This document shows, in pieces, positions 12,920-24,774 of a stretch of 64,000 nt of DNA. Below the pieces are notes generated by a model that worked only from the letters and a program-made list of their open reading frames with translations, made no database searches and had not been told where the DNA came from. Each line of letters opens with the position of its first letter. Positions within the stretch are counted from its first letter, which is position 1. The DNA is taken from positions 496,001-560,000 of the forward strand of contig JASANG010001402.1 of the NCBI GenBank assembly GCA_030248215.1, in the 5' to 3' direction. Made by a program: the position numbers and the translations under genes. Source of the DNA: Enoplolaimus lenunculus (taxonomy: Eukaryota).

Positions 12920-15900
12920 ATGGCACGTCACCGTCGTGTTCAGTCGAGCAAGAAAAAGAAAAAGTTGAAATCTGTGGATCCGTTTAATTTTGGAGCGAAT
13001 AGAATTGATAACTTGAAAAAGGCATTGGAAAAGTACCTATAGTTAATATGGACAACGCATACTTAGCTGGTAGCGATAGTTTAGAAATTTATAACATTGT
13101 GGTTTCGCTTATTGTATAGGTTATACAATTATAGCGGTGGAACTGGGTTCGTAAATAGAACAAGTTTTTTTGGCAAAAAATTCGGGAAGTAGTACTGTTA
13201 GTTGTAGGATGTATAGGTGGTAATTCTTAGTCTTTATACCAATTTATATGATATGGCTTATTCACGTAGCAGGGTGCAACCGGAATTCTGGTTCCGGCAA
13301 TTTTTGACCTTCCGGTTCCAGTATATTATTACTGGAATTAAAAATTCCGGTATTAAATTTTTGTCGGTGGAAATTACGATATTTTACTAAAAATGACGAT
13401 AAAAACTAAGTAGATTTCATTTGTATAGTATATAATCTTTGACAATCGCAGAAAATAAACCATCCGATCTGTTTAATTTTTGTCGTTATGTTTTACTAAA
13501 ATATCTTAATTGCCACCGACCATATAATTTAATATCAGAATTTTTAATTCCGGTAAAAATTTACCGGAACCGTAACCAGAACCGGAATTCCGGTTGCACA
13601 CTGGCTATGAATGGTTTTAGAATGTTTCGCCTACGAGCAATTGTTTTGCTTTCTGAGTGGCTAGAATAACTTTGGCTTCTATCGCTTATATTTTTAAACT
13701 CACAAATTGCTTGTTTCAGAAGACGTAATTTAGCTCCAAAAACAGTCGAACAGGAAGTACCGAAATGGAGCAAAGAACTGGCCGCCACCATAGCACAAGT
13801 GAAAGCTGGTGAACTTAAAAAACGCAAAAGAAAAGGTAAACGATAGGATACTTAATACATTTTATATACGCTAGGTTTAATTATAGGATTTACAAATTTA
13901 GCTAACTCATTAATTTTGTGAACGTTGTGTATGTTTTTATTTGATCAACTTTGTTGTGTTTATTTGGTCGAATAAGCTGAATTAAGATACCTATGAAACA
14001 AAAGATTTGCTAGTGGAAGGTACATACGTAGCTATTTAATGAACAATAACACACATTTTATAACTGTATATCAATGTAACATTTTTTCAGTGACATTTGT
14101 GCAAAATGCCAGAACTAAGTAAACCGGGAAACACAATTAATAATAAAACGCAACTATCGCGGCATCTTTCAAATAGTGTATTTTTCATTTTTAGGCTCTA
14201 AAACGCGCAAATCTGCATCCGACGGCGACCACCAAGACGAGGAGTTTGTACGACATCGATGGGAAAGCGAAAAAGACTTTTTGAGACGTGTTCAAATGTC
14301 AACGACTGCGTTTGTGAACGAGCAAAACATGAAAGTAAACAAAATACTTTTATAATATACGTTTGTAATTTGGTTATGCCGATTTATTTAGTATGTTGTG
14401 GATAATTATTTCAGAGTGCTATCATCTTAAATTTTAATTTTTTAAGTAATTTTGTCCGCTTAACCTAAGTTCTCACAATAACAACTGCTTATATTGTTTA
14501 GGGCGTTTTGAAAACAAATATTTGATGAAACTAACGACTAAATAAATACTAGCTATGTAGGCTTGGCTGGACAGTTTTTGAGCGGATATTGAGTAGTAGT
14601 TACTATTGACACAATGAGATAATTTGAAACCGTTTGGCAAACGTGTATGCAATACTTTATTTTAAATGAGTAGGTCTTTAATTTATTATTTAAACGTAAT
14701 TATTTTAAATTCTGAATGTCAAATTATGATTTTATATTCGCTACGGACTGGTCGGCAAAAATCCAGACGCTGATATTGATGGCGAAATTGAATCAACAAA
14801 ACAGCAAATGAAACACTGGATTGCTGAACAGAAGGCGTCGGCAAGTAGTGGTGCCAGTACGAGCGAAGCAGTTTGGGAAACGAACGAATGTGGAGACGAT
14901 GACGATGTGGATCATGAAATGTACAAGGAATCATTAAAGTGTGGACGGAACCTGTCGAATTCAAGGTTGGTTTATGTGTTGACGGTTTTGGCAGCGTGGA
15001 AGTTGACGTTTTGCCAACAGGGATGCGCTATAGTTTGCTGTGCCGCCGCATGCCGCCGCGCGCCGCTATATGTTGCTAGCAAAACAGTGGCAACGTCTAT
15101 TTAATAGCGTGCGACAATTTTTAATAAACAAATTTTTAGCGTAGTGCACGGCGGCGTGCGTCGAGTATAGCGCAACCGTAACTTAGCTAAATAAAGCTGC
15201 CATGGGAAGGTACAGGGTACGGGCGGGATTAAAGAATACTGAAACCGCTGATCTATAAGCACAACTTTTATACAAAAAGCAAAATATTTTGTGTATGGAA
15301 TTGGCTGCAGCACAAAAGACTGATAATGAAAAGTCGGGTTTATTAAGATGTGTCTATTGAGAATAAAGTTCTTGGTGCGGCGCGGTGTTTTTGTGCATCG
15401 ATTCTTTCTAAAATAAACTGCTACACTGAGAAGTTTGTTGTGTAGGTTCTAATCTCAAATAAATTGTTTTTTGTTGAGTCGCTGTATGACTAAAAAATTT
15501 TTCATTTCCCAATCCAGCTATGTCCCGTAAAAAATAACCATGAGATTACGAATGTTATTGTTATGTTGTAATTGGTTTTCAGCAAAGCTCAAAATCAAAA
15601 ACATACCGAAAAAGGAACGTTGTCGATTGCGAAACGAAAAAACAAACGTCCAAAACGAAATGTTGATCTGCTGAACAGGAAAGGCAAGTGATTTTAATAT
15701 ATTTTAATATTTTGAGCTTTGCAATGAGTATTCGTTTTCGGTCAAATTGATTTGATGATAGCTGAAAGTGTTAATAGCGGCGAACGCAGTGTCGTGATTT
15801 TGCTAGGCTGCTCCATATCCCTGAAAACCCTTTGAAAATTTTCGAAATTCAATAGATCCTGAACTGGTCAAAAGGGCAAAAAAAATCTTGAAAATGGTGG

Positions 15901-17912
15901 TGATTAGTTTTTAATTCGGCTGGTTTAGACCAAATTGCGTATCATTTGAACGTATTGAGTTGTGATATGTTATGCTATTGAGGTGAAGTTTTATAGCATA
16001 GTATTTATTGTATGGGTATTATGTATGTTTACGTTGTTTGCTTGCAAGTTTTGCATTGGTTGCAATATGCAAATATTGTTTTGTAGACAAAATCGAATTT
16101 GGTGAACGTGTTGACCGGCCTCCACAGCTTACATCGAGACCTAGGAAAGCGGAAGTGAAGCCAGAAAAAGTAATCACTTACCTTTTGAAACACAATATTT
16201 TCGGCCAATGTTACTTTAAGGGGCGTAACAGTAATTAAGTGTATTCCTAAGCGTAAGCCTAGCCAAAGCATTGCAAGAATGTGTTCCTAAGCCTAAGCCT
16301 CATCCTAAGCAGAAAAATGTAAACTAGAATCTAAAATTACTCTTTTGTAGACCCACCAGTAACCTGAACGCCCCTTAAAGTAACATGGTCCATATTTTCA
16401 ATAATGTTGTTTTACTATTCAATGCGATAATGCAGGTATCAGATTATGGGACGACAATAGAAATTGAGCTATTTTACGAACAAAATAAACACTGCGTGTT
16501 GACCGGATATGCGTTTCCGTAAAAATCAGTGTTGGTTTTTTTTGAAAAATATTTTCTGATTATTTATGCTCAAAAATTGACGGCATCTTTTGTACTTTCG
16601 CAATTTTTTAGGGAAATCGCACACATCATTTAAAAATGACGCGTGTTTCTGAAACAGGGATGACGTTTTTTCAATTTTTTTACTGATTACTTAATACTTA
16701 CTTACAGGGTGCAACCGGAATTCCGATTCCGGTTCCGGTTCCGGCATTTTTTCACCTTCCGGTTCCGGTTCCGGTAAATTTTTACCGGATTTAAAAATTC
16801 CGGTATTATAATTTGGCCGTTTTCTTAACTTTGCTAATTTTTAAGAATCTCTTTTGAAAGCCACTTGTATTCCGAATATAAGCCATTGATGGTGGATTTC
16901 ACTTTAAAATAAATACCTATGTTCGACTAAGGTTATTTCACAAATAATAGAGCAAAAAATAAGATTAAAATGAAATTTTTGGTGAAATGCATTTTTCACT
17001 TTCCGGTTCCGGTTCCATTTCCGGTAAAATTTTCAAATTCCGGTTCCGGTAAATTGTAATTCCGGTTGCACCCTGCTTACTTAACATGTGTTTATGGTTT
17101 TCCAGGATTGAACTATTGACTGTTATAAATACCTGGGGCGGAACGTTTTTTGTGGGACTCGGACTGCAATAGAGTAAAGCTTAAGGTGGACATTTATTGT
17201 TTGCTTCATGTTACGCTTTGTAGGTATAAGTTCATTCTTATGCTTAGGCTTAGTCTTAGGAATATGCTTATACTACTGTTACGGCTGTTTTGTATACATC
17301 AGGGTACAACCGGAAGTATGTCTCCGGCTCCGGCAGAAAATCGGCCTCCGGCTCCGGTAGAATTTTTGCCGGAGGTTCCAGCAATTTGTGTTGTAAAATT
17401 TTGCATAATTTTCCTAAATTTATCTGTTTAGCGCGTTTCGATTGACTTTGGTCACAATTTTCGTGAAAAAATAGCCCAAATTTGGCAGCAAATTAGCGTG
17501 AAACCAAACAACTTAACAACATTTTGCAGATATTGGCTAAAATTTACTAATTAACCATCATTTTTCTACTTAATTTTGCCTCACCTCCGGCTCGGGCAAG
17601 TTTCGTTGACCTCCGGCTCTTACTCCGGTATTTTTCACCTCTGGTTGCACCCTGCTATACATTGATTGATCTACATTAATGTTTTTCTGAATAATGCATT
17701 CTCTTTAGGCAGGAAAGAAAGACTTGCTGTTAAAGCAGATGATGGACGCTCGTACAATTGTTGACAATAATTTTCAGCCAAACAAACGTTATGTTTGCGA
17801 CGGAACTATCAAATCTGATGATCCTGAGAAAAAAGAGGCATTGACAAATGAAAGAAACCGGGTGATTGCTTTGTATCGTTCTATGAAATCAAAACCGGCG
17901 CTGTCTCTTTAA
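12920..17912 (+). CDS. CCDC137: Coiled-coil domain-containing protein 137-like (basic nucleolar protein); 7 exons
   Basis: Exons 12920-13032, 13720-13835, 14195-14334, 14832-14965, 15583-15683 (GC donor), 16087-16169, 17709-17912. Family motifs: KKKLKSVDPF, NLAPKTVEQEVP, RHRWESEKDFLRRV, DKIEFGERVDRPPQLTSRPRK, GKKDLLLK, ERNRVIALYRSMK. AATAAA at 17915. Confidence 0.85.
13270..13603. mobile_element. hAT-like MITE (subfamily B, diverged)
   Basis: CAGGGTGCAACCGGAATTC...GAATTCCGGTTGCACACTG ends; no clear TSD. Confidence 0.7.
16203..16391. mobile_element. Merlin-like MITE with GCCTAA repeats
   Basis: TIRs GGCCAATGTTACTTTAAGGGGCG / CGCCCCTTAAAGTAACATGGTCC; perfect 8-bp TSD ATATTTTC. Confidence 0.85.
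16705..17075. mobile_element. hAT-like MITE subfamily B (young)
   Basis: TIR CAGGGTGCAACCGGAATT; perfect TSD CTTACTTA; nearly identical to 28025-28427. Confidence 0.9.
17300..17654. mobile_element. hAT-like MITE subfamily A
   Basis: CAGGGTACAACCGG...CTGGTTGCACCCTG; TSD GTATACAT/CTATACAT. Confidence 0.85.
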
Positions 17913-18890
17913 TGAATAAATATTTTCGCTTGTTAGCTTGTTTATTGTGACTAATATGAGCCAATTGGGTTTGAATCAGCACCAGGTTAAAGCTATAGTT
18001 ACATTCAAAATTAGTTATGAATCATGTAAATCATGATATTTTTTCGTTACAGATATGCTGCAACGTTCGACATATATCAAACATTACGATATCCACCAAA
18101 ATATTAAAGATTTCGATGCATCCGCCATTTTTCTTTAAACTTTTAGAAAGACCGGTGAATATTTGTGCTCCTCATTCTGTGTTGCAGAAAAACAGACATT
18201 TTGAAACTTCTTTTCACCGTAGCCAGGTACCAGATGGTGATGGACACCGAATATATCAGACGGGAATTCGAAATGCAATTGAATGAAAATTTTTGGAATA
18301 ATTGGCGTTATTTCACTGTTTGTGTCAGGGTTGAATTTTAACGGAAAAATGAAATATGCCGGAAAAAATGGTTTTTTCCAGAAAAAAACGGAAAAATTGA
18401 AAATTTTATTTTAATGGCTTCCACCAGTGCATGAAAGTTTTGGTTTATTTGTCGATTAAAAAATATTAAGAAAATTAATGACTATATTATTCTAGATTAC
18501 ATTTTTTGCGTAGGCTTAGGAACACATTTTATGCAACGCTTAGGCTTAGTAACACATTTTTGCAACGTTTAGGCTTAGGAATACGCTTAATCTACTGTTA
18601 CGCCCCTTAAAGTAAGATTGGCTGACAAGTGCATATGCCGGCTAGGTAGGCAGAAACTTGTTAGTTTTATTGGTATATGAAAAACGAAATGAATCACAAG
18701 TTAGGTTCGGAACTAAACGCGGTTTATATCTGCAATACCTATACGTTGCATCGAAGGAAAATTGAAAGTTTTGCCTCAAACAGTTCTAGAGGTGTGTCGC
18801 AAATAAACTGGAAAATAAAAATTTGCCATTTTTGAAACTGAAATTATTTTTGCGTGGCCGCACTAGGCAAGACTGGTCCTGGCAGATCAA

Positions 18891-19034
18891 GAAGCATTCC
18901 TTTCACAGAAACACCAGGGGATTAGCTAGGATTTCAGTCGTGAGATTATGAGAAACAAGCTGGAAGCATTCCTTTCACAGAAACACCAGGGGATTAGCTA
19001 GGATTTCAGTCGTGAGATTATGAGAAACAAGCTG
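18891..19034. repeat. Perfect 72-bp direct tandem duplication
   Basis: GAAGCATTCCTTTCACAGAAAC...GAGAAACAAGCTG at 18891-18962 and again at 18963-19034. Confidence 0.9.
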
Positions 19035-19371
19035 GGTATCCTTAAAGTATGTAAAGCGGTTTCCTGATGGTCTTTCCAGAAATTTTGGAGAGCAATGTAT
19101 TTCCTTTTTCCTCCTACTGGCGGATCCAAGGGGGTCGTTCCGGCCGACGCCTCCAAAAAAGATGAAAACCGCGATTTTGTGTTAAGCTTTTGCACTACAA
19201 AATGATGTTGGCTTTTCTCACGGTTTCCGCGATGTTTTGTCGCTCTTTTGCGAGTAATTTACTGAGATTACAATTAGTGATGAAGTGGTCCGTATTTTGA
19301 GCCCCAATCAATAGGAGTCCGTATCCCCAATAAGAGTCCGTAAGCAGATAGAATGCTTAAACCCTAATTAG

Positions 19372-19720
19372 CAGAGTGCAACAGGAATTATAAAATACCG
19401 GAACCGGAAAGTTAAAAAATACCGGAATCGGAAAATAAAGAATACGTGTTACTGAGAAATTTATTTTTAACGCTTTTTTATCGCTTTTAATGCGGTAAAC
19501 ACGCCGTTTAGAATGCCAAAATCCTGAAACAAATGCAGTAGGTGGAAACATGATAAATTATGGAGTATGGCACAAATTGAAAATTTGGTCAATACACGCT
19601 CGGACAATTTTAGAGAAATAAGTTAGAATAATACGCCAGTTTTTCTTAAATTTTCAAACGAGAAAAATTTTCAATACTGAAAATACCGGAGAAATCCGGT
19701 GAAAAAATACTTTCACCCTG
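19372..19720. mobile_element. hAT-like MITE subfamily C
   Basis: Starts CAGAGTGCAACAGGAATTATAAAATACCGG and ends CACCCTG. Homologous to 53101-53451, 61747-61975 and the partial copy at 45450-45555. Confidence 0.75.
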
Positions 19721-20331
19721 CTATTAGAGTCCATAAATGTCAATTATTCCAAATAAAGTTGAGTTCGAAACTTTACAGCATACTTCAGTTTTGAAAGTAC
19801 ATTCCTAAAGTGTATTATTGTATTATGGCTCAAAAGCTTTTGATCAATATCCAATATATAGTAGTAACGAAGGGCAGCGCGCATGGCAGGTTGGGTTAAA
19901 ACTAAATAACAGTCCGTAACCGAATAACAAGGGGGGTACCCTCTGGAGAGGCCAAATAAACATCAGCCTCCCCCCTCTTATTCAGGTGGCTACAGTAGGC
20001 TCAGACAGTCTCAGACACAGGTAAACATTTGCCTGTAGCCAAGCCTAAGCGTAAATGTGGGATGGGAAAGTGTACAAGAGCCAACTTTTAAGTTACAAGT
20101 TTAGTCAGACAACTCTGACTCCGGCTTGAAAGTTATCCACCTGCGGGTTTGGCAGATTTTTCCAAAGTTCTTACGATTTCGGTTGTGGAATTTTACATAG
20201 TTTTACAACTTATATATATAAATTCAGTTAGGCTGTATGTAATTTACGGCAATTATTAATTTTTGAGGTTGAATTGCCAAGATTTCTCAAAAAAGATGGC
20301 CAAAACAAAGTTTTGATATCACATTAATATA

Positions 20332-20551
20332 CACTGCAAAAAATGGTGAGTCAAATTAACTCTCTCCGAAATGGGCTTTTCCGGACTACACAAACTGAGT
20401 CAAATTCGACTCCGCCAGAATCAAATTTGATCCACTTAGCGATTCATTGAGTCGAATTTGACTCTGGCGGAGTCGAATTTTGACTCCGTTTGTGTAGTCC
20501 GGAAAATCCTATTTCGGAGAGAGTCAATTTAACTCACCATTTTTTGCAGGG
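20332..20551. mobile_element. Palindromic MITE with CACTG ends and TA TSD (CMC/EnSpm-like)
   Basis: About 95-bp inverted arms, CACTGCAAAAAATGGTGAGTCAAATT...AATTTAACTCACCATTTTTTGCAGGG, flanked by TA/TA. Other copies at 27857-28477 and 28728-28932; partial copies at 26549-26650, 27181-27280 and 36379-36440. Confidence 0.8.
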
Positions 20552-20562
20552 TAGGCTTATTG

Positions 20563-21079
20563 CAGGGTACAACCGGAGGTCTGGCTCCGGCAGAACATCG
20601 GCCTCCGGCTCCGGAAGAATTTTTGCTGGAGGTTCCGCAATTTCGATAGTAAAATGTTGCATAATTTAGCAAAATTTATCTGTTTAGCGCGTTTTGTTTT
20701 ACTTTTGTCACAATTTTCAGGAAAGAATTTCCAAAATTTCGCAGAAAATTAGCGTAAAACCAAACAACTTAACAACATATTGCAGATATTGGCTAAAATT
20801 AACCATTTTACTACATAATTTCGTCTCACCTCCGGCTCCCGGCTCCGGCAAGTTTCGTTGACAGTGGCGGATCCAAGATCTTAAAATGGGGTGGGGCAAA
20901 ATTTCACAGGTAATAAACTTACTTTTGACCCATACACAAACCACGAACTATTGTCACAAAATTGCTATATAATTTTTGTCTAGATGCTGTTGGGGGGCAC
21001 GGCCGGGGTGGCCCCCCATGGATCCGTCATTGTTCGTTGACATGCGGCTCCGATATTTTTCACCTCCGGTTGCACCCTG
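20563..21079. mobile_element. hAT-like MITE subfamily A carrying a nested hAT-like MITE (20862-21032)
   Basis: Outer ends CAGGGTACAACCGG...CCGGTTGCACCCTG. Inner ends CAGTGGCGGATCC...GGATCCGTCATTG with perfect TSD TTCGTTGA. Confidence 0.85.
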
Positions 21080-21089
21080 ACTAATTGTT

Positions 21090-21261
21090 AATGAGTTCCT
21101 AAGCCTAAGCTTAAGCGTTCCAAAAATGATTTCCTAAGCCTAAGCCTAAACCTAAGCTTAAGCCTAAGCCTAAACCTAAGCAAAAAATGTAATCTAGAAT
21201 GTAAACCTACTCTTTTATTAACCCACCAGAAACTTGGACGGCCCTTAAAGTAACATGGGCC
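21090..21261. mobile_element. Partial Merlin-like MITE with expanded (GCCTAA)n array
   Basis: Multiple CCTAAG/GCCTAA hexamers; right TIR GCCCTTAAAGTAACATGGGCC. Confidence 0.7.
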
Positions 21262-21563
21262 ACGATACGAATGAACCACTTGGTTTGTCGTCAATCTTGA
21301 ATTTTGTTTGGTTTGAACTTTGATACTGGTCGGTCTGGGTGACATCGGGCACCACGAGAGCCACAAGTATGAATTTTTTTACAAAAATAACAAAGGTGAA
21401 AGCGCGCCGCCAAATGTCGTACGTCTTTTTGCAGTTCCCATTTTGGTACAAGACCAACAGATTAAAGGGTAGGATTTTATTTCGCGAGGATATAATTTTA
21501 TATCGAAAAAAATGGTCGTTTTTTATTTGTGCAAAAGTTTCAGGAAGAAACATTAGCTTTTCC

Positions 21564-21716
21564 GGCCAATGTTACTTTAAGGGGCGTAACAGTAGATTTA
21601 GCGTATTCCTAAGCCTAAGCCTAAGCTTAAGCAAAAAAATGTAATATAGAATCGAAACCTACTTTTTTGTGGTGGACCCACCAGAAGCCTGGGCGTCCCT
21701 TAAAGTAACATAGGCC
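21564..21716. mobile_element. Merlin-like MITE
   Basis: Both TIRs present; perfect TSD GCTTTTCC. Confidence 0.85.
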
Positions 21717-22545
21717 GCTTTTCCTATGCCCCTGGTGTATCGGCAAATTGTCTGGTAAATATCGACTCGCTGTAAAGTTGCGAAGATTACTTTTTGAAGC
21801 CGAATTCAAAGAACGCCAAAAGGTCAATGCGAAAATTATTCAACTTTTACTTATGCGCACCGTTTGAAGCTAATATAGGGACTAAAAATTGAAAAAAGTT
21901 CTTAACCCGCCAATCTCACTGTGAAACCAGCGGTATTTTCAAGCGAATCAGGGATCAGAAAACAATACTTTTGTGTTCGATGAATATAAATTATCTCTCG
22001 GCATGCTTTTGTTACCTGCCAGATAAGTCTATTGGGCATCTGAAAATTGGCCTGTTATATCCAGCAACTGTTTACACCACCCAGCGGACCGAGGTTTGTA
22101 CCCACCATCATGAAAATTTATAAACTTTTTGCTATTTTCAGTTGAATATTTCATTGAATTTTAAAATAGCAAAATTGAAATATACATTTCCGTGATTGCC
22201 GTTATCTCAGCTTTCGATTGGTGTGAAGCAATCCAAAATTCGTTGAGTCAATCAAAACTTATCACCTGAAAACTACGCCAGGTCTGATTCATTTTCGAGC
22301 AGAAAACGCTTTCTGTATCAGACGCGAACAAAATTGTCTCTGCCCTGTCACGCGACATTTTGCCTATTTCTACGTGTATTTCTCCCGTTCGCGCGCTTTC
22401 TCATTTTATCTGTTCTTTTGTGTGTTGTGTTTAGTCAGTCAGTGTTTCGTTTTCAATCGTACGTTTTGCAGCGTTTTCTCTCAGTGATTGGACGGTAATT
22501 TTTGAGATTTTTAACGTTTGAATTTTCAAGTTTTCGTTCGGAAAA

Positions 22546-24774
22546 ATGTCTTCGTCTCCAAGCAAAGCGAAAAAGGCCAAAGTGCCTGCATCGCATCCGC
22601 CATACAAAACCATGGTCAAGCAGGCAATCGTTGCTTTGAAGGTAAGGAATATAATTTGGGGGTGTTCAACGTGTTGAAACCAGAAACTAAAACAGGGTCA
22701 GGGTGTTAATGTTTATTATAGGTAATGCATTTGTAGTTTTAGACTTAATTTATTTGAAATTGTGCTGTGAATTCTGTTTTCTCTGCTTTTGGTTAGAAAG
22801 TGAGAAATCGTATGTGGCACGTCGTACGTATTATGCTCGATAAAGATGGGTTAGAAGACTGTACTTCATAGAAATTTTTCACCGTAAGATATCAATTAAA
22901 TTCGCCCGCACACTTTTAAAAATTAAAATACACTCACTTGTAAAACGCAGTTTTATCATCCGCACCGCAGCCATAAATAACCTGTAGGTTTATACCGGCT
23001 ACGTATATCAGTTTTTGCCCCCTATTAAACGGGAACTGGATATCCGGTTGCACCCTGGGTAGGTATCAATAAATTCTTTCAAACGGTGTTGAGGTGTCTG
23101 TTATGTCAAGGGATTGACTTTATGCCAACATCCTTCAGACAATTATTCGTTACTGTTTGACAATACTTTTGTTTCAGGATCGTCAAGGTTCATCTCGTGA
23201 CGCAATTCTGAAATATTTGTTGGCGAATTACAAATTCGGTGGTCACACTCCGACAGTTGTGAACAATCATTTGAAAATGACGTTGCGAGCCGGGGTGAAG
23301 AATGGAACTCTGAAACATGCAAAGACGTCGACTCATGGCGCTTCTGGTCGTTTCCGAATTGGTGAAAAGGGCGAACGAAAATCACGATCTCCAAGCAAAA
23401 AGGCTGCAAGGAAACGTGAGTTCAGGCGCCATAGGAGATATTTTTAAGTTTCAGCAATTTTTAGCATCAATACCGGAACGTTAGGGTGCAATCGGATTTA
23501 TAAAATACCGGAGACGGAACCGGAAAACAAAAAATACTTGTTGCCGAAAAATTTATTTTCAACTAGGGCAGGGATGTGCCGATTAATCGGCATCGGTAAT
23601 CGGTACATTTCGTGAGTATCGCCATCCGCACTGCAAAAAAATGCCGATTAATTGGACATACTTTTTGCACATAACAGTTAGTTGGAATGCTGTCAATTTC
23701 CCGAAAAGAATCTCAGGAACAGCTGAATCGATTTTGATGAACTTTTTTTGTTTAAAAAGCCAATTATCCTGGGGTGATAACCTCGCATTGGTGTTTCAAA
23801 ATTTCAAGCCGTTTATGAGCTACAGGCTAATAAGCCTGAATTAGGACTTTCCACAATACTTCACTAATTATTCCAATTAGAAGCAATCTAATTTTAGCAT
23901 TAAAGGGTATTTGGGTGCGAGGAATCTGCGTAGACTGTTTACAAACCTCCAAAACCGATAATTGAGCAGTTAGCTAATAGATAATTTGCGTATTAGCATA
24001 GGTTATAAGCCTAAATTAGGAGTTTTTTCAATATTTCACTAATTATTAAGCGTAAAAGCAATATAATTTCAGCACTAAAGGGTTTTAGGTGCGTGAAATT
24101 TGAATAAGTTTACTAACCTCCAAAACCGATAATTGAGTAGTTAGGTAATAGATAATTTGCATATAAGCATAATTTATAAGTCTAAATTAGGCGTTTTTGC
24201 AATATTTTACTAGTTATTAAGGTTGCAACCAATCTAATTTCAACAATAATGAGTCTTTAGATGCGAGGAATCTGTTTAGATTGTCTACAATCATTCAAAA
24301 CCGATTATCCAATAGTTAGCTAATTTGCATATTTGCTTCATTGATAAGCCTAAATTATGGCTTTTTAAATTATTTCTCACCAATTATTAAAGTTCCTGAG
24401 GGTTTTGGAGTGCGAGGATTCTTAACAAATTGTTTACAAACCTCCAAAACCGATAAATGAATAGTTAGCCATTCGTATGCAAATTTCTCACATCATACAC
24501 ATTAATTGTTGATGTTGCTTGTTGTACGATTTACATATTATTTTTAGCCGGCGTCAAAAAGCCCCGATCTCCGAGCAAAGCGAAAAAATCATCGCCAAAG
24601 AAGAAGGCTTCGTCGGCAGCTACGGGTGCTCCAAAACCAGCCGGAGTAAAGAAAGCAAAATCGCCAGCCAAGAAACGGTCACCATCGAAAGCCAAGAAGC
24701 CCGCAGCAGCGAAAAGGGCATCGCCAAAGAAGACCAAAAAGACGGCGAAGAAATCTGCCAAAAAGCCGAAATAA
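22546..24774 (+). CDS. H1: Linker histone H1, intron-containing (replication-independent type), copy 1; 186 aa
   Basis: Exons 22546-22641, 23178-23415, 24548-24774. Globular domain SHPPYKTMVKQAIVALKDRQGSSRDAILKYLLANY...LRAGVKNGTLKHAKTSTHGASGRFRI and a K/A/P/S-rich tail ending KKSAKKPK*. No histone 3' stem-loop seen; AATAAA near 25203. Confidence 0.93.
23700..24470 (+). repeat. Helentron/DINE-like element fragment with about four tandem 150-175-bp units, in H1 copy 1 intron 2
   Basis: CCGAAAAGAATCTCAGGAA start shared with 5670. TGCG(A/T)G(G/A)A(A/T) near 23915, 24089, 24262 and 24410; CAAAACCGAT(A/T)A near 23950, 24121, 24296 and 24445. Confidence 0.7.

Noticed and set aside
11670..12920. KDM1B-CCDC137 operon
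   Set aside because: About 780 bp with repeats separates the poly(A) signal and the next ATG; there is no sequence evidence of polycistronic organisation.
18017..18286. 89-aa ORF with splice-like signals
   Set aside because: No recognisable homology or consistent multi-exon model.
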